A stretch of DNA of 64,000 nucleotides, taken from contig CAWFDF010000009.1 of the NCBI GenBank assembly GCA_963814585.1, positions 64,001 to 128,000 on the forward strand. Direction: 5' to 3'. Positions 49,260-59,189 of this stretch are shown piece after piece. Every line of letters begins with the position of its first letter. Position 1 is the stretch's first letter. This DNA is from an uncultured delta proteobacterium (lineage in GTDB: Bacteria; Myxococcota; Myxococcia; Myxococcales; Anaeromyxobacteraceae). Made by a program: the position numbers and the translations under genes. A model generated the notes under the pieces. The model was not told the DNA's origin, searched no databases, and was given only the letters and a program-made list of their open reading frames with translations.

Positions 49260-49598
49260 CTAGGGCTTGGTCTCGCCCTTGAACCAGTTGAGGATGGCCG
49301 ACATGACGCCGGGCGAGACCTCGGCGGAGCGCTTGACGATGTGCTCCAGCTCGCCCTCGTCGAGGAAGATGCCCTTGCAGGCGAAGCAGATGTCGACGTC
49401 GATGTGCTTGAACTTCACCTCCTGCAGGGGGAGGCCGCACTTGGGGCACCGCATGTGGTGGAGGGTCTTGAGGCGCTGGAGCTCGGCCGCCTCGGTCTCC
49501 TTCTTGACCTGCAAGGCCAGCTTGCGCTTCTTCTCGGCGTCCTCGCGGGCGAAGTACTCGTCTTCCGGGTGGCTGGGCTTCTGGTTCGTCATGGTCAT
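49260..49598 (-). CDS. zf-TFIIB-type zinc ribbon protein
   Basis: [13 protein letters not shown]...MRCPKCG...[18 protein letters not shown]. Confidence 0.85.
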   Translation of the reverse strand: MTMTNQKPSHPEDEYFAREDAEKKRKLALQVKKETEAAELQRLKTLHHMRCPKCGLPLQEVKFKHIDVDICFACKGIFLDEGELEHIVKRSAEVSPGVMSAILNWFKGETKP

Positions 49599-50920
49599 TC
49601 CTTCAGCTGGTTGATGGCGTTCCTGGCGACCGGCGCCTCGTCGCCCTCGGGATGCTCGGTGAGGTACCGCTCGAACATGGCGATGGCCTCGGCCTTTCGC
49701 CCCGTGGCCCGGTAGGTCTCTCCCAGGCCGAGGAGCGCGTCGGCCTGCGTCGGCGAGCGCCGCAGCGCCTCCTGCAGGCTGGCCTCGGCCGGCGCGTACT
49801 GCTCCAGGTCGAAATAGCACAGGCCGCGGCCGGCGAGGGCCTCGACGTTGTCGGGGTCCTGCGAGAGGATCCGCCCGTAGAGCTCCAGCCCCTGCTCGGT
49901 CCTGCCGCCCTCGCGCAGCCGGCCGGCCTCGGCCAGCTGCTGCTTCAGGCTGGGCGGCTTCGGCCTGGGCCTGGCGTCGGGCGTCGGCTCGGGGGCCCTG
50001 GCGGCGGGCGGCTCGGGCGTCTGCTCGGGCTCGACCGGCCTCGCCACCGGCTGGGGCTCGGGCTGCGACGGGGGCGGCTCCGGGGGCGGCGGCTCCGGCG
50101 GCTTCACGGCGACGGGTGGCGGCGGCGCCGCCTGCACCGGCGGGGGCGGCGGGGGCGGCTCGCCCCGGCCGAAGATGCCCGGCATGAAGACGTAGGCCAC
50201 GGCGGCCGCGGCCACGGCCAGCAGCAGCAGGGCGGCGACGACGTTGCCCGTCCGGCTCGAACCGCCGACCGCGGGCCGGCCGGACTCGCCGAGATCGATC
50301 TGGATCGAACCGGGCGGAGTGGCTTCCCGGCGGGCCGGGGGCGGTGCGCCGACAGCGGGAGGCGGCGCCGGCGGGGGCGGGGGCGGGGGCGGGACGATGT
50401 GGGGCGGCGGATAGGGCGTCGCCGGGTAGAGGGAGGTGCGCCGCGCCGTGGCCCGGTCGGCCGCCTCCACCACCTCGAAGAAGCTCTGCAGCTCGGCCAA
50501 CGTCCCGAGCCGGACCCAGGCGCCATCGCCCTGGGTGACCTCGTCCTCCCGCCCCACCTTCCGCTCGACGATCCAGCGCTGGAGCGTGGTGAGCTCCGAG
50601 AAGGCGAGGGTCTGGCCGGTGGCCCGCGTGCGGATGGTCCAGGACGGGGCCGGCGGGGCCGGCGGCCCCTCGGTGAGGGCCGTGTCGACGCGGGGCGGCT
50701 GGGCGCGGGGCGCCGGCGGGCGCGGGGTGGTGGCCTGGGAGGCCTGCATGGGCGCCCCGTCCAGGTCCTCCGGCTTGACCGGGTAGCTGACCACCAGCTC
50801 CTTCTTCTTGACCCGGAAGACGTGGCCGCAGGCGTTGCACTGCACGGTCACCCCGGCCGGGGTGATCTGGTCGTCCTCGAAGGCGTACTGAGCCCGGCAA
50901 CGCTCGCAGCGGACGTCCAT
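49595..50920 (-). CDS. Membrane protein with MJ0042-type zinc ribbon, GYF-like domain, TM helix and C-terminal TPRs
   Basis: MDVRCERCRAQY...VQCNACGHVFRV; LQRWIVERKVGREDEV...WVRLG; Pro-rich linkers; TPR helices (DPDNVEALAGRGLCYF; ADALLGLGETYR). Confidence 0.8.
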   Translation of the reverse strand: MDVRCERCRAQYAFEDDQITPAGVTVQCNACGHVFRVKKKELVVSYPVKPEDLDGAPMQASQATTPRPPAPRAQPPRVDTALTEGPPAPPAPSWTIRTRATGQTLAFSELTTLQRWIVERKVGREDEVTQGDGAWVRLGTLAELQSFFEVVEAADRATARRTSLYPATPYPPPHIVPPPPPPPPAPPPAVGAPPPARREATPPGSIQIDLGESGRPAVGGSSRTGNVVAALLLLAVAAAAVAYVFMPGIFGRGEPPPPPPPVQAAPPPPVAVKPPEPPPPEPPPSQPEPQPVARPVEPEQTPEPPAARAPEPTPDARPRPKPPSLKQQLAEAGRLREGGRTEQGLELYGRILSQDPDNVEALAGRGLCYFDLEQYAPAEASLQEALRRSPTQADALLGLGETYRATGRKAEAIAMFERYLTEHPEGDEAPVARNAINQLKE

Positions 50921-51030
50921 GTCGACCTTGGTGCCCCGAGCACGTCATCTTGCCTGGGTCTGGGACACTGGTGAAGCGGGGGGGTCCTGCTGGCCCGATT
51001 CTAGGCCATCTGCTCGGAATCGCCGAAAAA

Positions 51031-51058
51031 TTGACCCCCTGCTACCCCCCGATATCCT
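51031..51058 (+). promoter_or_regulatory. Possible sigma70 promoter of ftsK
   Basis: TTGACC-N16-TATCCT preceded by an A-run. Confidence 0.4.
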
Positions 51059-51118
51059 CGGTCCACCCTGCCCCCGTCTCGGCGCCGGCACCGGTACTTC
51101 CACGAGGTCACAGCGCGC

Positions 51119-53902
51119 ATGGGCAAAGAGAGGCAGAACCGCCGGATCACCCCTCGCAGCCGCTCCAGGGAGGCAGGCCGGGCCGCCCGGACCGGCATGG
51201 CCCGGGACATCGCCGCGGTGCTGCTGCTGGCCCTGGGCGCAGCCGCTGCGCTGGCCCTCACCACCTTCTCCTCCGTCGATGGCGCGCTCATCGCCCGCCA
51301 CCTCTCGCCGACCAACCTGATCGGCCCGGTCGGCCACCGCGCCGCCTCGGCCGTCTACCGCGTCCTCGGCTTCGCCTCGCTGGTCGTCCCCTGCGGGCTG
51401 GTGGCGGTCGCCTGGCGGCTCTTCCGCGGCGCCACCGGCCGGCTCACCGCCATCGGCGCCGTCGCCTTCCTCTCGCTGACCCTCTGCCTCGCCACGCTGA
51501 GCCAGCTGCTGCTGTCCGGGCTGCAGCTGGCCAGCTTCCCGCCCGGCGGCCTGGTCGGCGCGGCGCTGGCGGCGCGCTCCCAGGCGCTGGTCTCCACCAC
51601 CGGATCGGTGCTGCTGGTCGCCGCCGCCGCCACCGTCTCGCTGATCGTCGCCACCGGCCTCAGGATCCGCGACGCCGCCGCCTTGGGGTGGGACGGCCTG
51701 GTCGCGCTGGCCGGCTTCCTCCGCTCCAGGCTCGGCTCCGCGGTGCAGGAGCACCGCGAGGCGGTGGCCGACATGCGGGCCGAGGAGGCGGCCGAGCGGC
51801 AGCGGCGCGCCGAGGCCGCGGCGCTGGCCGAGGCCGCCTTCCTCGACGGCGCCCAGGAGGAGGACCGGGAGGAGGCGCGGGCCATGGCCGGCGCGCTGGC
51901 GCTGGAGCAGGTGCGCCGCCCGCACCTCGACGAGCCGGCCTGGGTGGACGGCCTGGTGCCGGTGGCCCCCGCCGGGCTCGAGCCCGAGCCGGCCGCCGAG
52001 GCGCGGGCCGAGCCGGGCCGGCGCAGGCGCCGGAAGGCCGAGCCCTCGCCGCTGGAGGCCGCCGCGGTCCCCGGCGACGAGGAGCCGGACCTCTCGCCGG
52101 CGCCGACCCTGCTGCCGCCGCCGCCGGCCCGCCCCGAGATCGTGGTCCCGGCGGCGCTGCTGGATCGGAGCCGCAAGAGGAAGGAGAAGGAGAAGAAGGA
52201 GGCGCCCTCGTTCGCCTTCACCAAGGCCGGCGAGGTCTTCCGGCTCCCCGCCATCGACCTGCTCGACGTCCACGAGGAGAAGGCGGCCGACGTCGACAAG
52301 GCCAACCTGACCCGCACCGCCGACGTCATCGTGGCCACGCTGGCCGAGCACGGCATCGACGGCCAGATCACCTACATCCGGCCCGGGCCGGTGGTGACGC
52401 TCTACGAGTTCCTGCCGGTGGGCGGCACCAAGCTGGCCCGCATCGAGAACCTCGACAAGGAGCTGACGATGGCGCTGGCCGCCACGCGGATCCGCATCAT
52501 CGCCCCCATCCCCGGCAAGGGCGTGGTCGGCATCGAGGTGCCCAACAAGGACCGCGGCACGGTCTTCCTGCGCGACATCCTCGAGTCGGAGACCTTCGGC
52601 CACGCCGGCGGCTTCCTCCCGCTCGGCCTCGGCAAGGACATCGAGGGGACGCCCTACTGCGTCGACCTGCAGAAGATGCCGCACCTGCTCATCGCCGGGA
52701 CCACCGGCGCCGGCAAGTCGGTGGGGCTCAACACCATGATCCTGAGCATGCTCTTCCGGCAGACGCCGGCCGAGGTGCGGATGATCATGGTCGACCCGAA
52801 GATGACCGAGCTGTCCCCGTACGAGGACATCCCGCACCTGCTGCTGCCGGTGGTGACCGACCCGCAGAAGGCCTCGCGCGCCCTGCAGTGGGCGGTGGAC
52901 GAGATGGAGCGGCGCACCCAGATCCTGGCCGACACCGGCGTGCGCGACCTGAAGAGCTACAACGCCCGCGTCGACAAGCACCGCGCCGAGGGGACCACCT
53001 TCGAGGAGAAGGACCTGGCCCTGCCGCCCCGGAAGCTGGTGGTGATCGACGTCACGGCCGGCGAGACCGAGGAGGAGGCCGCCGCCCGCGCCGAGGCCGA
53101 GGCCCTGATCGCCGCCGCCAGCTCGGAGGGGCCCACGCCGCTGGCCGCCAGCCCCGAGTTCGCCGACCCGACCGCGCCGCCGCCCGCCGACCCGGTGGCG
53201 GAGCGCGACACCCCGCGGCTCCCGCAGAAGCTCCCCTACATCGTGGTGATCATCGACGAGCTGGCGGACCTGATGATGACGGCGCCGCGCGAGGTGGAGA
53301 CCTCGCTGGCCCGGCTGGCCGCCAAGGCCCGCGCCACCGGCATCCACCTGGTGGTGGCCACCCAGCGGCCGTCCACCGACGTGGTCACCGGCACCATCAA
53401 GAACAACTTCCCGGCCCGCATCTCCTTCCGGCTGGGGAGCCGGCACGACTCCACCACCATCATCAACGGCCCGGGGGCCGAGAGCCTGCTCGGCAACGGC
53501 GACATGCTGGTGATGACCGCCACCCAGCCGCTCACCCGGGTGCAGGGCGCCTTCGTCTCCGAGGAGGAGCTGAAGCGGGTGGTCGACTTCCTCAAGCTGC
53601 AGGGGAAGCCGGTCTACGACGAGTCGATCCTCAAGGCCCGCGACGGCGCCGGCGAGGGGAGCCGCGACAACGACCTCGAGGACCCGGTCTACGACCAGGC
53701 CATGGAGCTGGTGGCGCAGATGGACGAGGTCTCGGTCTCCAAGCTGCAGCGCGAGATGCGGCTCGGCTACAACAAGGCGGCCAAGATCATCGAGCGGATG
53801 GAGCGCGAGGGGCTGGTCGGGCCGCCCAACGGCGTCAAGCCGCGCCAGGTGCTGATGCGCGGCGGCACGCCGGGCGAGTACGAGGCCCGGCCGAACCTGT
53901 AG
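51119..53902 (+). CDS. ftsK: DNA translocase FtsK
   Basis: N-terminal TM domain, PHLLIAGTTGAGKSV, IIDELADLMM, ATQRPSTDV, gamma domain SVSKLQREMRLGYNKAAKII. Confidence 0.96.
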   Translation: MGKERQNRRITPRSRSREAGRAARTGMARDIAAVLLLALGAAAALALTTFSSVDGALIARHLSPTNLIGPVGHRAASAVYRVLGFASLVVPCGLVAVAWRLFRGATGRLTAIGAVAFLSLTLCLATLSQLLLSGLQLASFPPGGLVGAALAARSQALVSTTGSVLLVAAAATVSLIVATGLRIRDAAALGWDGLVALAGFLRSRLGSAVQEHREAVADMRAEEAAERQRRAEAAALAEAAFLDGAQEEDREEARAMAGALALEQVRRPHLDEPAWVDGLVPVAPAGLEPEPAAEARAEPGRRRRRKAEPSPLEAAAVPGDEEPDLSPAPTLLPPPPARPEIVVPAALLDRSRKRKEKEKKEAPSFAFTKAGEVFRLPAIDLLDVHEEKAADVDKANLTRTADVIVATLAEHGIDGQITYIRPGPVVTLYEFLPVGGTKLARIENLDKELTMALAATRIRIIAPIPGKGVVGIEVPNKDRGTVFLRDILESETFGHAGGFLPLGLGKDIEGTPYCVDLQKMPHLLIAGTTGAGKSVGLNTMILSMLFRQTPAEVRMIMVDPKMTELSPYEDIPHLLLPVVTDPQKASRALQWAVDEMERRTQILADTGVRDLKSYNARVDKHRAEGTTFEEKDLALPPRKLVVIDVTAGETEEEAAARAEAEALIAAASSEGPTPLAASPEFADPTAPPPADPVAERDTPRLPQKLPYIVVIIDELADLMMTAPREVETSLARLAAKARATGIHLVVATQRPSTDVVTGTIKNNFPARISFRLGSRHDSTTIINGPGAESLLGNGDMLVMTATQPLTRVQGAFVSEEELKRVVDFLKLQGKPVYDESILKARDGAGEGSRDNDLEDPVYDQAMELVAQMDEVSVSKLQREMRLGYNKAAKIIERMEREGLVGPPNGVKPRQVLMRGGTPGEYEARPNL

Positions 53903-54511
53903 TCACCTCCTGAAGCTGCCCTCCTCGCCGCGGAGCAGCCGCCCGATGTTCTCCCGGTGGCGCCACCAGATGAGCGCGCCCACCACGGCGCAGCCCCAGG
54001 CGATGGGCGTGGGCCCGAGCAGGTAGAAGCCCGCCATCACGCAGACCAGCGAGCCGGCCAGCGAGCCGACCGAGGAGGTGCGGGTGGCGAGGTAGACGCC
54101 CACCCAGGTGGCGAGGCCGGCCAGCGCCGCCCACGGCGCCAGCACCAGGAAGATGCCGAGCCCGGTGGCCACGCCCTTGCCGCCCCTGAAGCCGATCCAG
54201 ACCGGGAAGAGGTGGCCGGAGAAGGCGGCCACCGCCACCGCCATCACCCAGAGGTCGCCGCGGGGGCCGCTCCCCAGCCAGCGCTGGGTGAGCGCCACCG
54301 GCACCACCGCCTTCAGGGTGTCGAGCAGCAGCACCGCCACCCCCAGCCACCGGCCCCCGGCGCGGGCCGCGTTGGTGGCGCCGATGTTGCCGCTCCCCAC
54401 CTTGCGGACGTCGACGTCGAGCAGCAGCCTGGACAGGACCAGGCCGAAGGGGATGGAGCCCGAGAGGTAGCCGGCGGCGACGAGGATGGGGCCGAGGACG
54501 GCGTCGTTCAT
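53903..54511 (-). CDS. plsY: Glycerol-3-phosphate 1-O-acyltransferase
   Basis: YLSGSIPFG, GSGNIGATNAAR, GHLFPVW.GFRGGKGVAT, RHRENI.RL. Confidence 0.95.
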   Translation of the reverse strand: MNDAVLGPILVAAGYLSGSIPFGLVLSRLLLDVDVRKVGSGNIGATNAARAGGRWLGVAVLLLDTLKAVVPVALTQRWLGSGPRGDLWVMAVAVAAFSGHLFPVWIGFRGGKGVATGLGIFLVLAPWAALAGLATWVGVYLATRTSSVGSLAGSLVCVMAGFYLLGPTPIAWGCAVVGALIWWRHRENIGRLLRGEEGSFRR

Positions 54512-54520
54512 GGCGTCCGG

Positions 54521-54913
54521 TCAGGAGCGGGCCAGCAGCCAGGCCCAGTTGAGGAGGAGCGCCACCGCCCCGGCGGCGGTGGCCAGCCGCAGCGCGCCGG
54601 CCGGGACGCGCGGGAAGGGACGGCCCAGCGCCAGCAGCCCCAGGTCGAGCAGCGCGAAGCCCCACGCCCCCGCCGCCAGCGCGGCGCCGAGCGGGCTGGC
54701 GTGGAGCGCGCCGGCCAGGTCGCCGTGGGCCAGCGCCACGAAGGCGTGGGTCATGCCGCAGGTGGCGCAGGGGAGGCCGAGCAGCCCCCGGGCCGGGCAG
54801 GTGTAGGGCAGCGCCAGCACCGGGAGGAAGCGCGCCACCAGGAAGGAGAGGGCGCCGATGGCGGCGAAGACGTCGAGGTGGCCGAGGCGGCGCGCCGGGA
54901 ACGGGACGGTCAC
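54521..54913 (-). CDS. DUF2752 family membrane protein
   Basis: CPARGLLGLPCATCGMTHAF...GDLAGAL..SPLG...LLNW. Confidence 0.8.
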   Translation of the reverse strand: MTVPFPARRLGHLDVFAAIGALSFLVARFLPVLALPYTCPARGLLGLPCATCGMTHAFVALAHGDLAGALHASPLGAALAAGAWGFALLDLGLLALGRPFPRVPAGALRLATAAGAVALLLNWAWLLARS

Positions 54914-55929
54914 GGGCCGGGCTTCTGCCGGGCGGCCTCGGCCGCCTGCTGGATGGCGTTCCAGGCGCCGGCCCCGCCGATGGCGCCCAGGCCGCAGCAG
55001 CAGGCGCAGAGGAGGATGAGCGGCGCGAAGACCGCCAGCGCCGCCTTGCCCGGCCCGCAGCGCTGGGCCTCGCCGAGGCCGATGATGACCACCGCCAGGT
55101 ACCAGACCATGGCGATGAGCCCGCCGCACTGGGGGATCGCCATCACCAGGTAGAGCCCGGTGGCATAGCCCACCACCGTGAGCGTGGCGCCGAAGCCGCG
55201 CCCCGCCCCCTTCACCAGCATCAGCACCAGGTGGATGAGGCCGGCCACCAGGTAGATGGAGATGAAGGAGACCAGCGGCGCCACCAGCATCTGGGCCGCG
55301 GTGGCCTCGGGGGAGGTGAGCGTCTCGATGGTGCTGGCGAACTGCTCGAGGAAGCGCGCCGCCTCGGGTGGCAGCTCCGAGACCCTGGCCTGGAGCTGGC
55401 CGATGGTGGCGGCGCGGGTGAGGGCGCCGAAGAGCAGCGAGGCCCAGTTGCCGATGGTCGACCCGATCACCCCGAAGAGCAGCGCGGCGCCGGTCTGGTC
55501 GATGCGGACGCGCCGGAAGAAGTCGGCGGGCTGGGTCCCCACCAGCTTGAAGGTCTCGAGGGCGGCGGCGAAGAAGCCGCGCGTGGCCCGCTCGGCGAAC
55601 GGCGAGGGCTGCTCGGTGAAGGCCGGCGGCGGCGGCGGGGGGAGCGGCCCCCACCCACCGGGCGGAGGCGGCGGCGGCCAGCCGAAGGGCTCGGCCGGCG
55701 GCGAGCCGGACGGGGCCTCGGCGGACGGGCCCGGCGGGATGGGCGGTGGGATGGGCGGTGGCGCCTCGGCGGCGGGGGGCGCGGGCGGGGCCGGCGGCGG
55801 TCCGGCCGGCGCGGCCGAGCCACCCGACGGATCGGCGAGCATCAGCTCGGAGCCGCAGTGCGGGCAGGTCTGGAGGCCGAACCTCTCGGTGGTGAAGGTG
55901 CCCTGGCAGCGGGCGCAGCGGGCGAGCAT
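54910..55929 (-). CDS. Yip1 family membrane protein with an N-terminal zinc ribbon and Pro-rich linker
   Basis: CARC...CPHC, PFAERATRGFFAA...PADFF, five TM segments. Confidence 0.75.
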   Translation of the reverse strand: MLARCARCQGTFTTERFGLQTCPHCGSELMLADPSGGSAAPAGPPPAPPAPPAAEAPPPIPPPIPPGPSAEAPSGSPPAEPFGWPPPPPPGGWGPLPPPPPPAFTEQPSPFAERATRGFFAAALETFKLVGTQPADFFRRVRIDQTGAALLFGVIGSTIGNWASLLFGALTRAATIGQLQARVSELPPEAARFLEQFASTIETLTSPEATAAQMLVAPLVSFISIYLVAGLIHLVLMLVKGAGRGFGATLTVVGYATGLYLVMAIPQCGGLIAMVWYLAVVIIGLGEAQRCGPGKAALAVFAPLILLCACCCGLGAIGGAGAWNAIQQAAEAARQKPGP

Positions 55930-55976
55930 GGCCGGACCTTACCTCGCGGGGAGAAGTCCTGGCAGGACCCGGCCGG

Positions 55977-56285
55977 TCAGGCGTCCTCGCGCAGCTCCCG
56001 CACCTGGTCCACGTCGACCGAACCGCGGGTGCGGTAGATGGCGATGACGATGGCCAGGCCGACCGCCGCCTCGGCCGCCGCCACCGCGATCACGAAGAAG
56101 GCGATGGCGTGGCCGCCGAGGTTCCCCTGCTGGCGGGCGAAGGCCAGGAAGGTCAGGTTGGCGGCGTTGAGCATCAGCTCGACGCTCATCATGACCACCA
56201 GCGCGTTGCGCTTGGTGAGCACGCCGATCAGGCCGATGCCGAAGAGCATGGCGGCGAGCAGCAGGTACCACTGGGTGGGGACCAT
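55977..56285 (-). CDS. nuoK: NADH-quinone oxidoreductase subunit K
   Basis: [14 protein letters not shown]...[11 protein letters not shown]...[12 protein letters not shown]. Confidence 0.96.
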   Translation of the reverse strand: MVPTQWYLLLAAMLFGIGLIGVLTKRNALVVMMSVELMLNAANLTFLAFARQQGNLGGHAIAFFVIAVAAAEAAVGLAIVIAIYRTRGSVDVDQVRELREDA

Positions 56286-56804
56286 CTAGATCTTCTCCTT
56301 CGCCACCACCACCGCGCCGACGATGGCCACGGTGAGCAGGAGGCTGGTGGCCTCGAAGGGGAGCAGGTACTGGGTGAAGAGGACCCGGCCGACCGCCTTG
56401 ACGGTGCCGAAGTCGGTGGCCAGCCTGGCCGGGCCGGCCTCGGCCACCTCGCGCGAGACCCAGGCCAGCAGCGCCATCAGGCCGCCGCCGCCCAGCACGA
56501 AGCCGAGCCACTGGACCTGCTTGATCTTCTCCTGCTCCAGGTGGTGGTCGCCCAGGTTGAGCAGCATGATGACGAAGAGGAAGAGCACCATCACCGCGCC
56601 GGCGTAGACCAGGATCTGCAGGAAGGCGATGAGGTGGGCGGTGAGCAGCACGTAGAGGCCGGCCATGAAGAAGAAGGCCGCCACCAGGCTCATGGCCGCG
56701 TGCATCGGGCTCCGCGCCACCACCACGCCGACGGCCGACAGCAGCAGCGGGACGGCGAAGACGAAGAAGGCGATCCGCTCGGCGGTGAACAGGTCGGACG
56801 TCAT
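56286..56804 (-). CDS. nuoJ: NADH-quinone oxidoreductase subunit J
   Basis: QILVYAGAVMVLFLFVIMLL...YLLPFEATSLLL. Confidence 0.95.
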   Translation of the reverse strand: MTSDLFTAERIAFFVFAVPLLLSAVGVVVARSPMHAAMSLVAAFFFMAGLYVLLTAHLIAFLQILVYAGAVMVLFLFVIMLLNLGDHHLEQEKIKQVQWLGFVLGGGGLMALLAWVSREVAEAGPARLATDFGTVKAVGRVLFTQYLLPFEATSLLLTVAIVGAVVVAKEKI

Positions 56805-58132
56805 CGCGCGTACCTCACGGGCCCGGCCACCGCGTCGCGCGGCGCCTGGGTGAGCCCCCAGCCGTGGTCGCCGAACGGGCAGCAGCGCTGCTCGGCGTGC
56901 TGGAGGAACTCGGGCTTGAACTTCTTGACGAAGGACTGGACCGGCATGGCGGCGGCGTCGCCCAGCGCGCAGATGGTGTTGCCGGCGATCGAGTTGGCCA
57001 CCTGCTCCAGCTTGGCGACGTCCTCGGCGCTGCCGTGGCCGGCCTCCAGCTTGTGGAGGATCCCCTCCATCCAGTGGGTGCCCTCGCGGCAGGGGGTGCA
57101 CTGGCCGCAGGACTCCTCGGCGTAGAAGCGGGCCAGCCGCGCCAGGGCGCGGACCATGCAGGTCGACTCGTCGAAGACGATGACGCCGCCCGAGCCGGAC
57201 ATGGAGCCGGCCGCCTTGACGGCGTCGAACTCCATCGAGATGTCGATCTCGTGGGCCGCCAGCACCGGCGAGGAGGAGCCGCCCGGGATGACCGCCTTGA
57301 GGGCGCGGCCGCCGACGATGCCGCCGGCGTCCTCCATGATCAGCTTCTTCAGGTTGTAGTGGCAGGGCTTCTCGTAGACGCCCGGCCGGTTGACGTGGCC
57401 GGAGACGCCGAAGAGCCGCGTGCCGCCCGACTTGCCGGTGCCCAGCGCCGCGAAGGCGTCGCCGCCGTGCTGGACGATCCACGGGACGTTGGCGATGGTC
57501 TCGACGTTGTTGATGATGGTCGGCTTGCCCCACAGCCCCACCACCGCCGGGAAGGGCGGCTTGAGCCGCGGGTAGCCCTTCTTGCCCTCGAGCGACTCGA
57601 GCAGCGCCGACTCCTCGCCGCAGATGTAGGCGCCGGCGCCGCGGTGGACGTGGATGTCGAGGTCGAAGTCCTTCTTGCCCAGCAGCTTCGACCCGATCAC
57701 GCCGGCGGCGCGGGCCTCCTCGATGGCCTTCTCGAGGATGCGGGCCTGCCGGGCGAACTCGCCGCGGATGTAGATGTAGGCGAGGTGGATGTCGAGCGCG
57801 TAGCAGGTGAGCGCGATCCCCTCGAGGAGCTGGTGCGGATCGTGCTCGATGATGTAGCGGTCCTTGAAGGTGCCGGGCTCGGACTCGTCGGCGTTGACGG
57901 TCAGGTAGCGGGGCCGGACGTCCCTGGGCAGGAAGGTCCACTTCAGGCCGGTGGCGAAGCCGGCGCCGCCGCGGCCGCGCAGGTTGGACTTCTTCACCTC
58001 GTCGACGATGACCGAGGGCTCCATGCCCAGGGCCTTCTCGAGCGCGGCGTAGCCGCCGTCGGCCCGGTAGGTGGCCAGCGCGGCGGAGTCGGGCTTGCCC
58101 CAGCGGGCCGAGAGAACCAGGGTCTCGCTCAC
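56801..58132 (-). CDS. nuoF: NADH-quinone oxidoreductase subunit F
   Basis: LRGRGGAGF, NADESEPGTFKDR, GAGAYICGEESALLESLEG, ESCGQCTPCREG, TICALGD. Confidence 0.96.
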   Translation of the reverse strand: MSETLVLSARWGKPDSAALATYRADGGYAALEKALGMEPSVIVDEVKKSNLRGRGGAGFATGLKWTFLPRDVRPRYLTVNADESEPGTFKDRYIIEHDPHQLLEGIALTCYALDIHLAYIYIRGEFARQARILEKAIEEARAAGVIGSKLLGKKDFDLDIHVHRGAGAYICGEESALLESLEGKKGYPRLKPPFPAVVGLWGKPTIINNVETIANVPWIVQHGGDAFAALGTGKSGGTRLFGVSGHVNRPGVYEKPCHYNLKKLIMEDAGGIVGGRALKAVIPGGSSSPVLAAHEIDISMEFDAVKAAGSMSGSGGVIVFDESTCMVRALARLARFYAEESCGQCTPCREGTHWMEGILHKLEAGHGSAEDVAKLEQVANSIAGNTICALGDAAAMPVQSFVKKFKPEFLQHAEQRCCPFGDHGWGLTQAPRDAVAGPVRYAR

Positions 58133-58638
58133 TTCAGCCCCCCGAGGATGGCGTCGACCTTCTGCGGCGTGAGCTGCTCGTGCATCTCCTCGTCCACCAG
58201 CATGGCCGGGGCGGTGCCGCAGGAGCCCAGGCACTCGACCTCGCGCAGCGTGTACCGGCCGTCGGCGGTGGTGCCGGCCCCCTGCAGGGCCAGCTTCCGC
58301 TTCAGGTAGGTCCAGAGCTGGTCACCGCCCATGAGCGAGCAGGAGACGTTGGTGCAGACCTCGACCAGGTGCTTGCCGGTCGGGTGGGTCTCCAGCATCA
58401 CGTAGAAGGTGGCGACCTCCTCGGCGCGGGACGGCGAGGTGCCGAGGCGGGCGGCGGCCAGCTCCTGCACCGCCGGGGAGATGTGTCCGAAGAGGGCCTG
58501 GCCCAGCCTCAGCGCGGGGATCATCGCCGAGGCCATCCGGTCCGGCGGATACCGCTTGAGGATGGGGGCGAGCTCTCGGTCGAACTGCTCGACCTTCTCT
58601 CGCGGCAACCCCTCGACACCACCTGCATGGTTCGTCAT
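58129..58638 (-). CDS. nuoE: NADH-quinone oxidoreductase subunit E
   Basis: EVATFY, VCTNVSC, ECLGSCGTAPAM. Confidence 0.94.
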   Translation of the reverse strand: MTNHAGGVEGLPREKVEQFDRELAPILKRYPPDRMASAMIPALRLGQALFGHISPAVQELAAARLGTSPSRAEEVATFYVMLETHPTGKHLVEVCTNVSCSLMGGDQLWTYLKRKLALQGAGTTADGRYTLREVECLGSCGTAPAMLVDEEMHEQLTPQKVDAILGGLK

Positions 58639-58683
58639 GGGAGTCCGAAAGTGGGGTAACGGGAGCGGGAGGAACGGGGCCGG

Positions 58684-58712
58684 ACGCTAGAATCGCAGGG
58701 CGAGATTGTCAA
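58684..58712 (-). promoter_or_regulatory. Putative sigma70 promoter of nuoEFJK
   Basis: TTGACA-N17-TAGCGT on the minus strand. Confidence 0.65.
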
Positions 58713-58751
58713 GGAGATACGCAGCGATATGGCCCAATCCGGTCACCAATG

Positions 58752-58786
58752 AAAAACGCCCGCCGCGCACGGGGCGCGGCGGGCGT
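58752..58786 (-). terminator. Intrinsic terminator of the HU gene
   Basis: 13-bp perfect stem acgcccgccgcgc/gcgcggcgggcgt with a 5-nt loop, ending in a T-run on the minus strand. Confidence 0.85.
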
Positions 58787-58811
58787 CGAAAGCTCGTCGA
58801 AGGCGGGGAGG

Positions 58812-59099
58812 CTACTTCTTCGCCTTCTTGTTGAACGCGTCCTTGAGCGCCTTGGCCGGGGCGATCTTCACGACCGTCTTGGCCGCGATCTTGATCTGCT
58901 CGCCGGTGGCCGGGTTGCGGCCGATGCGCGCCTTGCGGTCGACCAGCTTGACCGCGCCGAGGCCGCCGAGCGGGATCTTCCCCTCGCCCTTGAGCCGCTT
59001 CATCACCACGTCCTCGACGGCCGCGAAGACCGCCTTGGCCTGCACCTTGGAAACACCGGCCGTCTCGGCCACCGCCTGGAAGAACTGGGCCTGCGTCAT
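58812..59099 (-). CDS. hup: HU family DNA-binding protein
   Basis: MTQAQFFQAVAE...RKARIGRNPATGEQIKIAAK...KALKD. Confidence 0.92.
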   Translation of the reverse strand: MTQAQFFQAVAETAGVSKVQAKAVFAAVEDVVMKRLKGEGKIPLGGLGAVKLVDRKARIGRNPATGEQIKIAAKTVVKIAPAKALKDAFNKKAKK

Positions 59100-59160
59100 G
59101 TCGGAGAACCCTCCTGCCGCCACGGGTCGATTTGGAGAAACAGGGCAGCGATGGCTGAGG

Positions 59161-59189
59161 GTGATATCGCTTCCGGATCGGGGAGTCAA
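59161..59189 (-). promoter_or_regulatory. Putative sigma70 promoter of the HU gene
   Basis: TTGACT-N17-TATCAC on the minus strand. Confidence 0.55.
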
